Source: Eledone cirrhosa (taxonomy: Eukaryota). Taken from it: 64,000 bases of DNA. Positions 24,901 to 52,536 of the stretch are shown here, piece by piece; positions within the stretch are counted from its first letter, which is position 1, and the number at the start of each line of letters is the position of its first letter. Under the pieces are notes generated by a model. It saw nothing but the letters and a program-made list of their open reading frames with translations. It was not told the origin of the DNA and made no database searches. The stretch spans positions 27,900,001 through 27,964,000 of the forward strand of contig OZ024740.1 in the NCBI GenBank assembly GCA_964016885.1. The letters run 5' to 3'. A program made the translations under genes and the position numbers.

Positions 24901-27900
24901 CATCACAACCACTATCTTGAACAATACCAACACCACCACCACTAACACAAGCATCACAACCACTATCTTGAACAATACCAACACCACCACTACTAACACA
25001 AGCATCACAACCACTATCTTGAACAATACCAACAACACCACCACTAACACAGGCATCACAACCACTATCTTGAACAATACCAACACCACCACCACTAACA
25101 CAGGCATCACAACCACTCTCCTGAACAATACCAACACCACCACCACTAACACAAGTATCACAACCACTCTCCTGAACAATACCAACACCACCACCACTAA
25201 CACATGCATCACAACCACTATCTTGAACAATACCAACACCACCACCACTAACACAGGAATCACAACCACTATCTTGAACAATACCAACACCACCAGCACT
25301 AACACAGGCATCACAACCGCTATCTTGAACAATACCAACACCACCACCACTAACACAGGCATCACAACCGCTATCCTGAACAATACCAACACCACCACCA
25401 CTAACACAGGCATCACAACCACTATCTTGAACAATACCAACACCACCACCACTAACACAAGTATCACAACCACTCTCCTGAACAATACCAACACCACCAC
25501 CACTAACACATGCATCATAACCACTATCTTGAACAATACCAACACCACCACCACTAACACAAGTATCACAACCACTCTCCTGAACAATACCAACACCACC
25601 ACCACTAACACAAGCATCACAACCACTATCTTGAACAATACCAACACCACCACCACTAACACATGCATCACAACCACTATCTTGAACAATACCAACACCA
25701 CCACCACTAACACATGCATCACAACCACTATCTTGAACAATACCAACACCACCACTACTAACACAAGCATCACAACCACTATCTTGAACAATACCAACAC
25801 CACCACCACTAACACAGGCATCACAACCACTATCTTGAACAATACCAACACCACCACCACTAACACAGGCATCACGACCGCTATCTTGAACAATACCAAC
25901 ACCACCACTACTAACACAAGCATCACAACCACTATCTTGAACAATACCAACACCACCACCACTAACACAGGCATCACAACCACTATCTTGAACAATACCA
26001 ACACCACCACCACTAACACAGGCATCACAACCACTATCTTGAACAATACCAACACCACCACCACTAACACATGCATCACAACCACTATCTTGAACAATAC
26101 CAACACCACCACTACTAACACAAGCATCACAACCACTATCTTGAACAATACCAACACCACCACCACTAACACAGGCATCACAACCACTATCTTGAACAAT
26201 ACCAACACCACCACCACTAACACAGGCATCACGACCGCTATCCTGAACAATACCAACACCACCACCACTAACCCAAGCATCACAACCACTATCTTGAACA
26301 ATACCAACACCACCACCACTAACACAGGCATCACAACCGCTATCTTGAACAATACCAACACCACCACCACTAACACAAGCATCACAAACACTATCTTGAA
26401 CAATACCAACACCACCACCACTAACACAAGCATCACAACCACTATCTTGAACAATACCAACACCACCACCACTAACACAAGCATCACAACCGCTATCTTG
26501 AACAATACCAACACCACCACCACTAACACAATCATCACAACCACTATCTTGAAATATACCAACACCACCACCACTAACACAAGCCTCACAACCGCTATCT
26601 TGAACAATACCAACACCACCACCACTAACACAAGCATCACAACCACTATCTTGAACAATACCAACACCACCACCACTAACACAGGCATCACAACCACTTT
26701 CTTGAACAATACCAACACCACCACCACTAACACATGCATCACAACCACTATCTTGAACAATACCAACACCACCACTACTAACACAAGCATCACAACCACT
26801 ATCTTGAACAATACCAACACCACCACCACTAACACAGGCATCACAACCACTATCTTGAACAATACCAACACCACCACCACTAACACAGGCATCACAACCG
26901 CTATCCTGAACAATACCAACACCACCACCACTAACACATGCATCATAACCACTATCTTGAACAATACCAACACCACCACCACTAACACAAGTATCACAAC
27001 CACTCTCCTGAACAATACCAACACCACCACCACTAACACATGCATCATAACCACTATCTTGAACAATACCAACACCACCACCACTAACACAAGTATCACA
27101 ACCACCCTCCTGAACAATACCAACACCACCACCACTAACACATGCATCATAACCACTATCTTGAACAATACCAACACCACCACCACTAACACAAGTATCA
27201 CAACCACTCTCCTGAACAATACCAACACCACCACCACTAACACATGCATCATAACCACTATCTTGAACAATACCAACACCACCACCACTAACACAAGCAT
27301 CACAAACACTATCTTGAACAATACCAACACCACCACTACTAACACAAGCATCACAACCACTATCTTGAACAATACCAACACCACCACCACTAACACAGGC
27401 ATCACAACCACTCTCCTGAACAATACCAACACCACCACCACTAACACAAGCATCATAACCACTCTCCTGAACAATACCAACACCACCACCACTAACACAA
27501 GCATCACAAACACTATCTTGAACAATACCAACACCACCACCACTAACACAGGCATCACAACCACTCTCCTGAACAATACCAACACCACCACCACTAACAC
27601 AAGCATCACAAACACTATCTTGAACAATACCAACACCACCACCACTAACACAGGCATCACAACCACTCTCCTGAACAATAGCAACACCACCACCACTAAC
27701 ACAAGCATCATAACCACTCTCCTGAACAATACCAACACCACCACCACTAACACAAGCATCACAAACACTATCTTGAACAATACCAACACCACCACCACTA
27801 ACACAGGCATCACAACCACTCTCCTGAACAATACCAACACCACCACCACTAACACAAGCATCACAAACACTATCTTGAACAATACCAACACCACCACCAC

Positions 27901-30900
27901 TAACACAGGCATCACAACCACTCTCCTGAACAATACCAACACCACCACCACTAACACAAGCATCATAACCACTCTCCTGAACAATACCAACACCACCACC
28001 ACTAACACAAGCATCACAAACACTATCTTGAACAATACCAACACCACCACCACTAACACAGGCATCACAACCACTCTCCTGAACAATACCAACACCACCA
28101 CCACTAACACAGGCATCACAACCACTCTCCTGAACAATACCAACACCACCACCACTAACACAAGCATCATAACCACTATCTTGAACAATACCAACACCAC
28201 CACCACTAACCCAAGCATCACAACCACTATCTTGAACAATACCAACACCACCACCACTAACACAGGCATCACAACCACTCTCCTGAACAATACCAACACC
28301 ACCACCACTAACACAAGCATCATAACCACTATCTTGAACAATACCAACACCACCACCACTAACACAAGCATCACAAACACTATCTTGAACAATACCAACA
28401 CCACCACCACTAACACAAGCATCACAACCACTATCTTGAACAATACCAACACCACCACCACTAACACAAGCATCACAACCGCTATCTTGAACAATACCAA
28501 CACCACCACCACTAACACAATCATCACAACCACTATCTTGAAATATACCAACACCACCACCACTAACACAAGCCTCACAACCGCTATCTTGAACAATACC
28601 AACACCACCACCACTAACACAAGCATCACAACCACTATCTTGAACAATACCAACACCACCACCACTAACACAGGCATCACAACCACTTTCTTGAACAATA
28701 CCAACACCACCACCACTAACACATGCATCACAACCACTATCTTGAACAATACCAACACCACCACTACTAACACAAGCATCACAACCACTATCTTGAACAA
28801 TACCAACACCACCACCACTAACACAGGCATCACAACCACTATCTTGAACAATACCAACACCACCACCACTAACACAGGCATCACAACCGCTATCCTGAAC
28901 AATACCAACACCACCACCACTAACACATGCATCATAACCACTATCTTGAACAATACCAACACCACCACCACTAACACAAGTATCACAACCACTCTCCTGA
29001 ACAATACCAACACCACCACCACTAACACATGCATCATAACCACTATCTTGAACAATACCAACACCACCACCACTAACACAAGTATCACAACCACTCTCCT
29101 GAACAATACCAACACCACCACCACTAACACATGCATCATAACCTCTATCTTGAACAATACCAACACCACCACCACTAACACAAGTATCACAACCACTCTC
29201 CTGAACAATACCAACACCACCACCACTAACACATGCATCATAACCACTATCTTGAACAATACCAACACCACCACCACTAACACAAGTATCACAACCACTC
29301 TCCTGAACAATACCAACACCACCACCACTAACACATGCATCATAACCACTATCTTGAACAATACCAACACCACCACCACTAACACAAGTATCACAACCAC
29401 TCTCCTGAACAATACCAACACCACCACCACTAACACATGCATCATAACCTCTATCTTGAACAATACCAACACCACCACCACTAACACAAGTATCACAACC
29501 ACTCTCCTGAACAATACCAACACCACCACCACTAACACATGCATCATAACCACTATCTTGAACAATACCAACACCACCACCACTAACACAAGTATCACAA
29601 CCACTCTCCTGAACAATACCAACACCACCACCACTAACACATGCATCATAACCACTATCTTGAACAATACCAACACCACCACCACTAACACAAGTATCAC
29701 AACCACTCTCCTGAACAATACCAACACCACCACCACTAACACATGCATCATAACCACTATCTTGAACAATACCAACACCACCACCACTAACACAAGTATC
29801 ACAACCACTCTCCTGAACAATACCAACACCACCAGCACTAACACAGGCATCACAACCGCTATCTTGAACAATACCAACACCACCACCACTAACACAGGCA
29901 TCACAACCACTATCTTGAACAATACCAACACCACCACCACTAACACAGGCATCACAACCGCTATCTTGAACAATACCAACAGCACCACCACTAACACAAG
30001 CATCACAACCACTATCTTGAACAATACCAACACCACCACCACTAACACAAGCATCACAACCACTATCTTGAACAATACCAACACCGCCACCACTAACACA
30101 AGCATCACAACCGCTATCTTGAACAATACCAACACCACCACCACTAACACAAGCATCACAACCACTATCTTGAACAATACCAACACCACCACCACTAACA
30201 CAAGCATCACAAGCGCTATCTTGAACAATACCAACCCCACCACCACTAACACAAGCATCACAACCACTATCTTGAACAATACCAACACCACCACCACTAA
30301 CACAGGCATCACAACCACTATCTTGAACAATACCAACACCACCACCACTAACACAAGCATCACAACCACTATCTTGAACAATACCAACACCACCACCACT
30401 AACACAAGCATCACAACAACTATCTTAAACAATACCAACACCACCACCACTAACACAGGCATCACAACCGCTATCTTGAACAATACCAACACCACCACAA
30501 CTAACACAAGCATCACAACCACCCTCCTGAACAATACCAACACCACCACCACTAACACATGCATCACAACCACTATCTTGAACAATACCAACACCACCAC
30601 CACTAACACAGGCATCACAACCACTATCTTGAACAATACCAACACCACCACCACTAACACATGCATCACAACCACTATCTTGAACAATACCAACACCACC
30701 ACCACTAACACAAGCATCACAACCACTATCTTGAACAATACCACCACCACCACCACTAACACAGGCATCACAACCACTATCTTGAACAATACCAACACCA
30801 CCACCACTAACACAGGCATCACAACCACTATCTTGAACAATACCAACACCACCACCACTAACACAAGTATCACAACCACTTTCTTGAACAATACCAACAC

Positions 30901-33900
30901 CACCACCATTAACACAGGCATCACAACCACTATCTTGAACAATACCAACACCACCACCACTATAACAAGCATCACAACCACTATCTTGAACAATACCAAC
31001 ACCACCACCACTAACACATGCATCACAACCACTATCTTGAACAATACCAACACCAGCACCACTAACACATGCATCACAACCACTATCTTGAACAATACCA
31101 ACACCACCACCACTAACACAGGCATCACAACCACTATCTTGAACAATACCAACACCAGCACCACTAACACATGCATCACAACCACTATCTTGAACAATAC
31201 CAACACCACCACCACTAACACAGGCATCACAACCACTATCTTGAACAATACCAACACCACCACCACTAACACAAGCATCATAACCACTATCTTGAACAAT
31301 ACCAACACCACCACCACTAACACATGCATCACAACCACTATCTTGAACAATACCAACACCACCACCACTAACACAGGCATCACAACAACTATCTTGAACA
31401 ATACCAACACCACCACCACTAACACAAGCATCACAACCACTATCTTGAATAATACCAACACCACCACCACTAACACAAGCATCACAACCTCTATCTTGAA
31501 CAATACCAACAGCACCACCACTAACACAAGCATCACAACCACTATCTTGAACAACACCAACACCACCACCACTAACACAGGCATCACAACCACTCTCCTG
31601 AACAATACCAACACCACCACCACTAACACAAGAATCACAACAACTTTCTTGAACAATACCAACACCACCACCACTAACACAAGCATCACAACCACTATCT
31701 TGAACAATACCAACACCACCACCACTAACACAGGCATCACAACCACTATCTTGAACAATACCAACACCACCACCACTAACACAAGCATCACAACCACTAT
31801 CTTGAACAATACCAACAGCACCACCACTAACACAAGCATCACAACCACTATCTTGAACAATACCAACACCACCACCACTAACACAGGCATCACAACCACT
31901 CTCCTGAACAATACCAACACCACCACCACTAACACAGGCACCACAACCACTATCTTGAACAATACCAACACCACCACGACTAACACAGGCATCACAACCA
32001 CTATCTTGAACAATACCAACACCACCAACACTAACAGAAGCATCACAACCAATATATTGAACAATACCAACACCACCAACACTAACACAAGCATCACAAC
32101 CACTCTCCTGAACAATACCAACACCACCACCACTAACACAAGCATCACAACCACTATCTTGAACAATACCAACACCACCACCACTAACACAAGCATCACA
32201 ACCACTATCTTGAACAATACCAATACCATCACCACTAACACAAGCATCACAACCACTATCTTGAACAATACCACCACCACTAACACAAACATCACAACTA
32301 CTATCTTGAACAATACCAACACCACCAACACTAACACAAGCATCACAACCAATATATTGAACAATACCAACACCACCACCACTAACACAAGCATCACAAA
32401 CACTACCTTGAACAATACCAACACCACCACCACTAACACAGGCATCACAACCACTATCTTGAACAATGCCAACACCACCACCACTAACACAGGCATCACA
32501 ACCACTATCTTGAACAATACAAACACCACCATCACTAACACAGGCATCACAACCACTATCTTGAACAATACCAACACCACCACCACTAACACAAGCATCA
32601 CAAACACTACTTTGAACAATACCAACACCACCACCACTAACACCAGCATCACAAACACTACCTTGAACAATACCAACACCACCACCACTAACACAAGCAT
32701 CACAACCACTATCTTGAACGATGCCAACACCACCACCACTAACACAGACATCACAACCACTATCTTGAACAATACCAACACCACCACCTCTAACACAAGC
32801 ATCACAAACACTATCTTGAACAATACCAATACCACCACCACTAACACAGGCATCACAACCACTCTCCTGAACAATACCAACACCACCACCACTAACACAG
32901 GCATCACAACCACTATCTTGAACAATACCAACACCACCACCACTCACACAAGCATCACAACCACTATCTTGAACAATACCAACACCACCACCACTAACAC
33001 AGGCATCACAACCACTATCCTGAACAATACCAACACCACCACCACTAACACAAGCATCACAACCACTATCTTGAACAATACCAACACCACCACCACTAAC
33101 ACAAGCATCACAACCACTATCTTGAACAATACCAACACCACCATCACTAACACAAGCATCACAACCACTCTCCTGAATAATACCAACAGCACCACCACTA
33201 ACACAGGCATCACAACCACTATCTTGAACAATACCAACACCACTACCACTAACACAAGCATCACAACCACTATCTTGAACAATACCAACACCACCACCAC
33301 TAACACAGGCATCACAACCACTATCTTGAACAATACCAACACCACTACCACTAACACAAGCATCACAACCACTATCTTGAACAATACCAACACCACCACC
33401 ACTAACACAGGCATCACAACCACTCTCCTGAATAATACCAACAGCACCACCACTAACACAGGCATCACAACCACTATCTTGAACAATACCAACACCACTA
33501 CCACTAACACAAGCATCACAACCACTATCTTGAACAATACCAACACCACCACCACTAACACAGGCATCACAACCACTCTCCTGAATAATACCAACAGCAC
33601 CACCACTAACACAGGCATCACAACCACTATCTTGAACAATACCAACACCACTACCACTAACACAAGCATCACAACCACTATCTTGAACAATACCAACACC
33701 ACCACCACTAACACAGGCATCACAACCACTCTCCTGAATAATACCAACAGCACCACCACTAACACAGGCATCACAACCACTATCTTGAACAATACCAACA
33801 CCACCACCACTAACACAGGCATCACAACGACTATCTTGAACAATACCGACACCACCACCACTAACACATGCATCACAACCACTATCTTGAACAATGCCAA

Positions 33901-36900
33901 CACCACCACTACTAACACAAGCATCACGACCACTATCTTGAACAATACCAACACCACCACCACTAACACAGGCATCACAACCACTATCTTGAACAATACC
34001 AACAACACCACCACTGACACAAGCATCACAACCACTATCTTGAACAATACCAACACCACAACCACTAACACAGGCATCACACCCACTATCTTGAACAATA
34101 CCAACACCACCACCACTAACACAGGCATCACAACAACTATCTTGAACAATACCAACACCACCACCACTAACACAAGCATCACAACCACTATCTTGAACAA
34201 TACCAACACCACCACCACTAACACAGGCATCACAATCACTATCTTGAACAATACCAACACCACCACCACTAACACAGTCATCACAACCACTATCTTGAAC
34301 AATACCAACACCATCACCACTAACACAGGCACCACAACCACTATCTTGAACAATACCAACACCAACACCACTAACACAGGCATCACAACCACTATCTTGA
34401 ACAATACCAACACCACCACCACTCACACAAGCATCACAACCACTATCTTGAACAATACCAACACCACCACCACTAACACAGGCATCACAACCACTATCTT
34501 GAACAATACCAACACCACCACCACTAACACAAGCATCACAACCACTATCTTGAACAATACCAACACCACCACCACTAACACAGGCATCACAACCACTCTC
34601 CTGAACAATACCAACACCACCACCACTAACACAAGCATCACAACCACTATCATGAACAATACCAACACCACCACCACTAACACAAGCATCACAACCACTA
34701 TCTTGAACAATACCAACACCACCACCACTAACACAGGCATCACAACCACTTTCTTGAACAATACCAACACCACCACCACTAACACAGGCATCACAACCAC
34801 TATCTTGAACAATACCAACACCATCACCACTAACACAGGCATCACAACCACTTTCTTGAACAATACCAACACCACCACCACTAACACAGGCATCACAACC
34901 ACTATCTTGAACAATACCAACACCACCACCACTAACACAAGCATCACAACCACTCTCCTGAACAATACCAACACCATCACCACTAACACAGGCATCACAA
35001 CCACTATCTTGAACAATACCAACACCACCATCACTAACACAAGCATCACAACCACTATCTTGAACAATACCAACGCCACCACCACTAACACAAGCATCAC
35101 AACCACTCTCCTGAACAATACCAACACCATCACCACTAACACAGGCATCACAACCACTATCTTGAACAATACCAACACCACCACCACTAACACAGGCATC
35201 ACAACCACTATCTTGAACAATACCAACACCATCACCACTAACACAGGCACCACAACCACTATCTTGAACAATACCAACACCACCACCACTAACACAGGCA
35301 TCACAACCACTATCTTGAACAATACCAACACCACCACCACTCACACAAGCATCACAACGACTATCTTGAACAATACCAACACCACAACCACTAACACAGG
35401 CATCACAACCACTATCTTGAACAATACCAACACCACCACCACTAACACAAGCATTAGAACCACTATCTTGAACAATACCAACACCACCATCACTAACACA
35501 AGCATCACAACCACTATCTTGAACAATACCAACACTACCACCACTAACACAAGCATCACAACCACTATCTTGAACAATACCAACACCACCACCACTAACA
35601 CAAGCATCACAACCATATCTTGAACAATACCAACACCACCACCACTAACACAGGCATCACAACCACTATCTTGAACAATACCAACACCACCACCACTAAC
35701 ACAAGCATCACAACCATATCTTGAACAATACCAACACCACCACCACTAACACAGGCATCACAACCGCTATCTTGAACAATACCAACACCAGCACCACTAA
35801 CACAAGCATCACAACCACTATCTTGAACAATACCAACACCACCACCACTAACACAGGCATCACAACCACTATCTTGAACAATACCAACACCACCACCACT
35901 AACACAAGCATCACAAACACTATCTTGAACAATACCAACACTACCACCACTAACACAGGCATCACAACCACTATCTTGAACAATACCAACACTACCACCA
36001 CTAACACAAGCATCACAACCACTATCTTGAACAATACCAACACTACCACCACTAACACAGGCATCACAACCACTATCTTGAACAATACCAACACTACCAC
36101 CACTAACACAGGCATCACAACCACTATCTTGAACAATACCAACACTACCACCACTAACACAGGCATCACAACCACTATCTTGAACAATACCAACACCACC
36201 ACCACTAACACAGGCATCACACCCACTCTCCTGAACAATACCAACACTACCACCACTAACACAAGCATCACAACCACTATCTTGAACAATACCAACACTA
36301 CCACCACTAACACAGGCATCACAAACACTATCTTGAACAATACCAACACTACCACCACTAACACAGGCATCACAACCACTATCTTGAACAATACCAACAC
36401 CGCCACTACTAACACAGGCATCACAACCACTATCTTGAACAATACCAACACTACCACCACTAACACAGGCATCACAACCACTATCTTGAACAATACCAAC
36501 ACCACCACCACTAACACAAGCATCACAACCACTATCTTGAACAATACCAACACTACCACCACTAACACAGGCATCACAACCACTATCTTGAACAATACCA
36601 ACACTACCACCACTCACACAGGCATCACAACCACTATCTTGAACAATACCAACACTACCACCACTAACACAGGCATCACAACCACTATCTTGAACAATAC
36701 CAACACTACCACCACTAACACAGGCATCACAACCACTATCTTGAACAATACCAACACTACCACCACTAACACAGGCATCACAACCACTATCTTGAACAAT
36801 ACCAACACTACCACCACTAACACAGGCATCACAACCACTATCTTGAACAATACCAACACTACCACCACTAACACAGGCATCACAACCACTATCTTGAACA

Positions 36901-37365
36901 ATACCAACACCGCCACCACTAACACAGGCATCACAACCACTATCTTGAACAATACCAACACTACCACCACTAACACAGGCATCACAACCACTATCTTGAA
37001 CAATACCAACACTACCACCACTAACACATGCATCACAACCACTATCTTGAACAATACCAACACTACCACCACTAACACAGGCATCACAACCACTATCTTG
37101 AACAATACCAACACTACCACCACTAACACAAGCATCACAACCACTATCTTGAACAATACCAACACTACCACCACTAACACAAGCATCACAACCACTATCT
37201 TGAACAATACCAACACCACCACCACTAACACAAGCATCACAACCACTATCTTGAACAATACCAACACCACCACCAGAAGCCTCACAACTACTATGTTGAA
37301 CAATACCAACACCACCACCACTAACACAAGTATCACAACCACTATCTGGAACAATACGAACACCA
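18961..37365. repeat. 51-bp minisatellite, ~360 copies (AACAATACCAACACCACCACCACTAACACA[A/G/T]GCATCACAACCACTATCTTG)
   Basis: Strict 51-bp period. One + frame is open (NNTNTTTTNT[S/G/C]ITTTIL); single-base frame breaks at ~19564, ~35615 and ~35715. Confidence 0.97.
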
Positions 37366-47540
<10,175 letters not shown>

Positions 47541-47545
<5 letters not shown>

Positions 47546-48135
47546 TACATCAGCACCACCATTACACCACAGCTACCTATGTTACAGCTGCTGTGTCGTG
47601 GTATACTACCTCCTAAACCTCCACTATCACCACCACCACTACCACCCCCACCCTTACACCACCTCTACTACCCATATTACTACACCACAGCTACCTATGT
47701 CGCAGCTGCTGTGTCGTGGTATACTACCTCCTAAACCTCCACTATCACCACCACCACTACTACCCATATTACTACACCACAGCTACCTATGTCGCAGCTG
47801 CTGTGTCGTGGTATACTACCTCCTAAACCTCCACTATCACCACCACCACTACCACCCCACCCCTACACCACGACTACTACCCATATTACTACACCACAGC
47901 TACCTATGTCACAGCTGCTGTGTCGTGGTATACTACCTCCTAAACCTCCACTATCACCACCACCACTACCACCCCTACTACCCATATTACTACACCACAG
48001 CTACCTATGTCGCAGCTGCTGTGTCGTGGTATACTACCTCCTAAACCTCCACTACCACCCCCATCCCTACACCACCCCTACTACCCATATTACTACACCA
48101 CAGCTACCTATGTCGCAGCTGCTGTGTCTTGGTAT
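47541..48135. repeat. About six tandem copies of a 90-120 bp module; single copies also at ~37690-37775 and ~38297-38385
   Basis: acaccacagctacctatgt..cagctgctgtgtcgtggtatactacctcctaaacctcc. Confidence 0.88.
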
Positions 48136-48414
48136 TTCTACTAACGTTCGTGAAACTGATTTTAAATTTGACTGCTGTGTACACAATTTATTACCCATAA
48201 GGCATTGTGCGCATCACTTCCTCTCAATAAATACACTCACTCACTTATACACCCACATATATATATTTTTATATATAGACACGCAGATGCTCTCACACAC
48301 ACAAACTCACTCAGACGCGAAAACATGCATTCTAATGCACATACATTCTCACACTGTTCTCACGCCAACGCACATACACACACACATATATAGATATTAT
48401 ATATATATATATAA

Positions 48415-48450
<36 letters not shown>

Positions 48451-48892
48451 GCAAACTTTCACTCACTCATTACACATCCATATAGACACAGTAACACTGA
48501 GACTAACTATCAACTATCATATACACAAACTTAAACATTACCCCATACATATACATACATATATACATACAAACATACATATAGATACATACATACACAC
48601 ATATAGATACATACATAATACATATATAGGTACATACATGCATACAAACATATAGATACATACATACATACACAGATAGACAGTCAACGCGATCAGTCGC
48701 ATATTTTGGCGTGGGAGACTATTTATTAAATTTAAGATGAATACTATCTCCGATAGTAATGCCACAACTACAGTCATGTTGAATAACTGGTTATTCTTCT
48801 AACTATCCCTTCTGAAGACACCTTTTATTCGGATTCGGAGAGATATCCGACTAAATACATAATTCATTTTACAAGGATTTGCTACAAACAGC

Positions 48893-51800
48893 ATGACCGA
48901 ACACAACATCAACAACAAAATTAAGGAAGTCTCGAAGACAAATAACAAGAAAGGTAAACAAACTTTATTCAGTTGTAGCTACAGAAGAAACCGAAATTAT
49001 AAATCGCATTTCTCTTGGAGTTGCAGACTTAATAATGATTTATTTAATTGTTATAAAATTGCAAAAAACAATCCCTCCATTGGCTATATGGATAGAATGA
49101 AGCTACACTGGGACGAAATTCACCAAGAGCTAAATTATTTCATAGCGAAGTATTTACGCCAACAACCGACGTTTGTTGAACCTACAAATAAGATAAATAG
49201 TTTTAATTGTAAGTCCCCCACAACAAACATGGGCTCAACAACACGTGCTACAGGTCGCCATGCTACTAGACTTCCTAGCAGCCAGGTCGAACAGCGCCTT
49301 GAAACGACTATGCCTGTAAGAAATTTGACACCATGTGTACCATCCGAGTCTATCTCGACTATTGGGGAAAATACTATCGATAATGATAATAATCAAAAGT
49401 ATAAACAATTGAAAATTTCCCTCAACGAAATCTTCCAGAGAAAAATTAATTCATGTATAAATATGTCTCTTGCTGAACGTATTAAAACGACAATGTTTAA
49501 TAAAAAAAAAACAAATAATGAAATACTACGTGTTATTGACGAAATAGGGGATAAATATTTACGACGGATAAAAACCCCAACATTTTGGCAAATCAACGCC
49601 TGTTTATATGCCTTAGCAACGACAGTGAAGCATTATCTTGGTGATAGCAGAGATATTAACAAGAACAAAACACCACCAAAAATACCATCATATATAACTA
49701 AAATAGAAAAAAATATTGCTGACCTACGAAAAAACATAGGATATGTGACAATGCTCCTTACATGTAAACAAACACAAAAAAACTTCACTCCTCACCAACA
49801 AAGAGAGAAAAATAAAATAGAGACGATGTTTGGTAACAGTAGAACCAGAACTCTCCAATATAAGCTGATTGCTCTCAAACAAGAATTGAGAGCTGTTAGC
49901 GAAAAACGCCGATGCCTGAAGAAGGTAGATGAGAGAAACTTGCTTAATAAAAGATTCAGACGAAACCAAACATCAGTCTACAGAGATATGAAGAACAAAA
50001 TAATAAGTGTCACTGAGGCCCCATCCCAGAAAGATATAGATTCCTTTTGGAGCAAAATATGGGGAGAAAAGAAGAATTTCAACCAAGATGCAGTGTGGCT
50101 AAAAGAAATCCGAAAGAACTATTGCTCCTACACTACAACAAAAACATACGAAGTAAGTGATGGTACCCTTGAGACTATAATAGGAAAACTCCAAGATAGA
50201 AAACACCAGGAAGAGACATAATTGTCGGCTTCTGGTACAAAAAACTGATATTCTATCGGAGGTATCTTACTGATCTCTACCAACAAGTCCTTAAGGGAGA
50301 TACACTTATACCAGAATGGTTGAGATTAGCACAAACATTACTGGTCCCCAAGAACAAAGACACCCACTTGGCAAAAAACTACCGGCCCATTTCATGCCAC
50401 ACCTAATGTATAAGATGTATACAGCCTGCCTGAAACTATTCTTCCAAGACCACTATGAAAATAATTGTTTCTACGTTAGGCATAAGGCCAGCAAATACCC
50501 AGTGCATTACTGGTACTTTATATGAAAATAATAACATCATCCCAGATGAACAAGTAGTTGGAAAGAAAGTGGTTTGGGGGTGTGCTGAACAACTCCTAAT
50601 CAACAAAACTGCGATGTCGAAGGTGCAACAACTTGGGAGGAATATGGCTACAGTCTGGCTGGACTACAGAAAAGCTTTCAATTCTGTTCCCCACTCTTGG
50701 ATGATAGAGGCCCTCCAACTTGCTAAAGTCCCAGACATTATTGTCAGAGCCATAGAGAAGCTGTCTTCTTCTTGAGCTACTCTCCTAAGGTTAAAGACAG
50801 AGAGGTAGGACTCTATTTTCACGGATAAAATATAATATCGCAGGGGTATATTTCAGGGAGACAGTCTCTCTGTGATATTGTTCATCTTGTCATTAAACCC
50901 CTTGTCCTTTCTGCTCAAGAAATGTGAAGGATACATCATTGGCTCACAGGAGGACAGAAATACGAACCTAACCCATAATTTCTTTGTGGATGATCTAAAA
51001 CTCTATGCCAAGATCATGGATGGGATGAAGAAAAATCTTGACCTGGTTACAGCGTTCTCAAAGGATATAGGAATGGAGTTTGGCTCATACATGACTGTAA
51101 AGAGGGGAAAAATAAAACAACCCAATCTAGCAACATTGTCATCAATGGCCTAACTGTTTTTCCGATATCTAATGAGGACTGATACAGATACCTGGGGATA
51201 GATGAGAACATATCCTATAATGGTATCTGTAATAAGGAACGCATAACTAGGGAATACTACACCCGATTATGAAAGATTTGGTCATCGGAACTCTCTGCGC
51301 AAAACAAAACAGTGGCTCACAATGTGTTTGCTGTGCCTGTCCTAACACCAACGTTTGGAATACTCAATTGGACGATAGACGAAATCCGAGCAGTTGATGT
51401 TGGAACTCGAAAAATACTAAACAACAACGGAAACTTCCACATCAACAGTGACATAGACCGCCTTTACTTGAAACGTAAGCAGGGAGGCAGAGGCCTAACA
51501 TAAGTCCAGACAGCATTTGAATGTCGCATCATATCCATCCGACAATCTCTACTTACCTCGAAGCGTAGGAGCCCGCTTCTCGAGCAAGTCTATCTGCATG
51601 AAACAGATAAGATCATGAGAGTTGGGGAGGAACTCCTCGAGAGATATTCCCTGTGTGATAATCAAAAACTCACACCCAGGGAAGTCGCTCAGCAGTATCG
51701 CAGTGAAACCATGGATGAAAAACTGCATGCTTATCAGCAAAAGATCATGCATGGATATGTTGCCAGGAAGCTCCAGAGTGAGAGTAATATAGATAAGGAA

Positions 51801-52536
51801 AGTAGTCTATCTTGGACCAACAACCGCTATATTTGCTCCCACTTTGAAGGATACGCGTTTGAAATCCAAGAATAGAAGATTAACACGAAATACCTGATTC
51901 ACAAAAGAGATAGGGATGCAAGCAAAACACCTAGATGTGATAACAAGTGCAGACTCTGCAGAACTAACATCCAGGATATCACCCATGTCATCAGCACCTG
52001 TCCAAAGATGTCATCGCGATACTATCTACCTATGAGGCATGATGTAGTGGCCAAAACACTGTACAATGCAGTCTGTAAAAAAGATAGCCCCGATAATAAA
52101 CACATTAAAAGCTACAGCAATGTGGAAGACATCCACGTACATAATATGAAAGAGTACTGGTGGAATGTTCCAGTAAAAACCCCAATAAAATGCAGGCATA
52201 ACAGATCAAATGTTATGGGACAGGGAGAAGAAAGCAAGCACAGTAGTGGAAATTAGCTGCCCAGCAGATGCCAATATAATATCAAAGATTAGCGAAAAGG
52301 AGAATATTTATGCAGAACTGATAAAAAATCTGAACATACTCAACCCTGATTACACATTCAGATTTATGCCTGTGATTATTGGGGAACTGGGGTATGTTAG
52401 TAACTGCCTCAATACAAATCTTGAGAAGCTAAGCTTCACAGGAACAGAAAGAACACAACTAGTTAGGAAATTACAAGTACAATCCATTAATGGAACAGTA
52501 AAAATATGTAAAACATTCCAAAAATGTTGCATCTAA
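48893..52536 (+). pseudogene. Disrupted single RT-RLE ORF of the R4/Dong-like element
   Basis: Fragments 48893-50221, 50455-50775, 50872-51153, 51312-51503, 51615-51875, 52008-52256, 52210-52536. Confidence 0.85.
50466..50520 (-). mobile_element. 55-bp SINE 3' end inserted in the R4-like RT, 12-bp TSD
   Basis: TSD tatgaaaataat at 50454-50465 and 50521-50532. The insert matches the 3' end of the SINE at 59501-59684. Confidence 0.88.

Noticed and set aside
47546-47605. LCYSC Ly6/three-finger-like start after the Thr repeat
   Set aside because: Cysteines are not conserved among module copies (HPCHSW, YLYHSC) and no downstream exon is visible.
48680-48892. Ribozyme in the R4-like 5' UTR (CTGAAGA at ~48812)
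   Set aside because: No matching GAAA/stem III, and no HDV fold could be built by eye.
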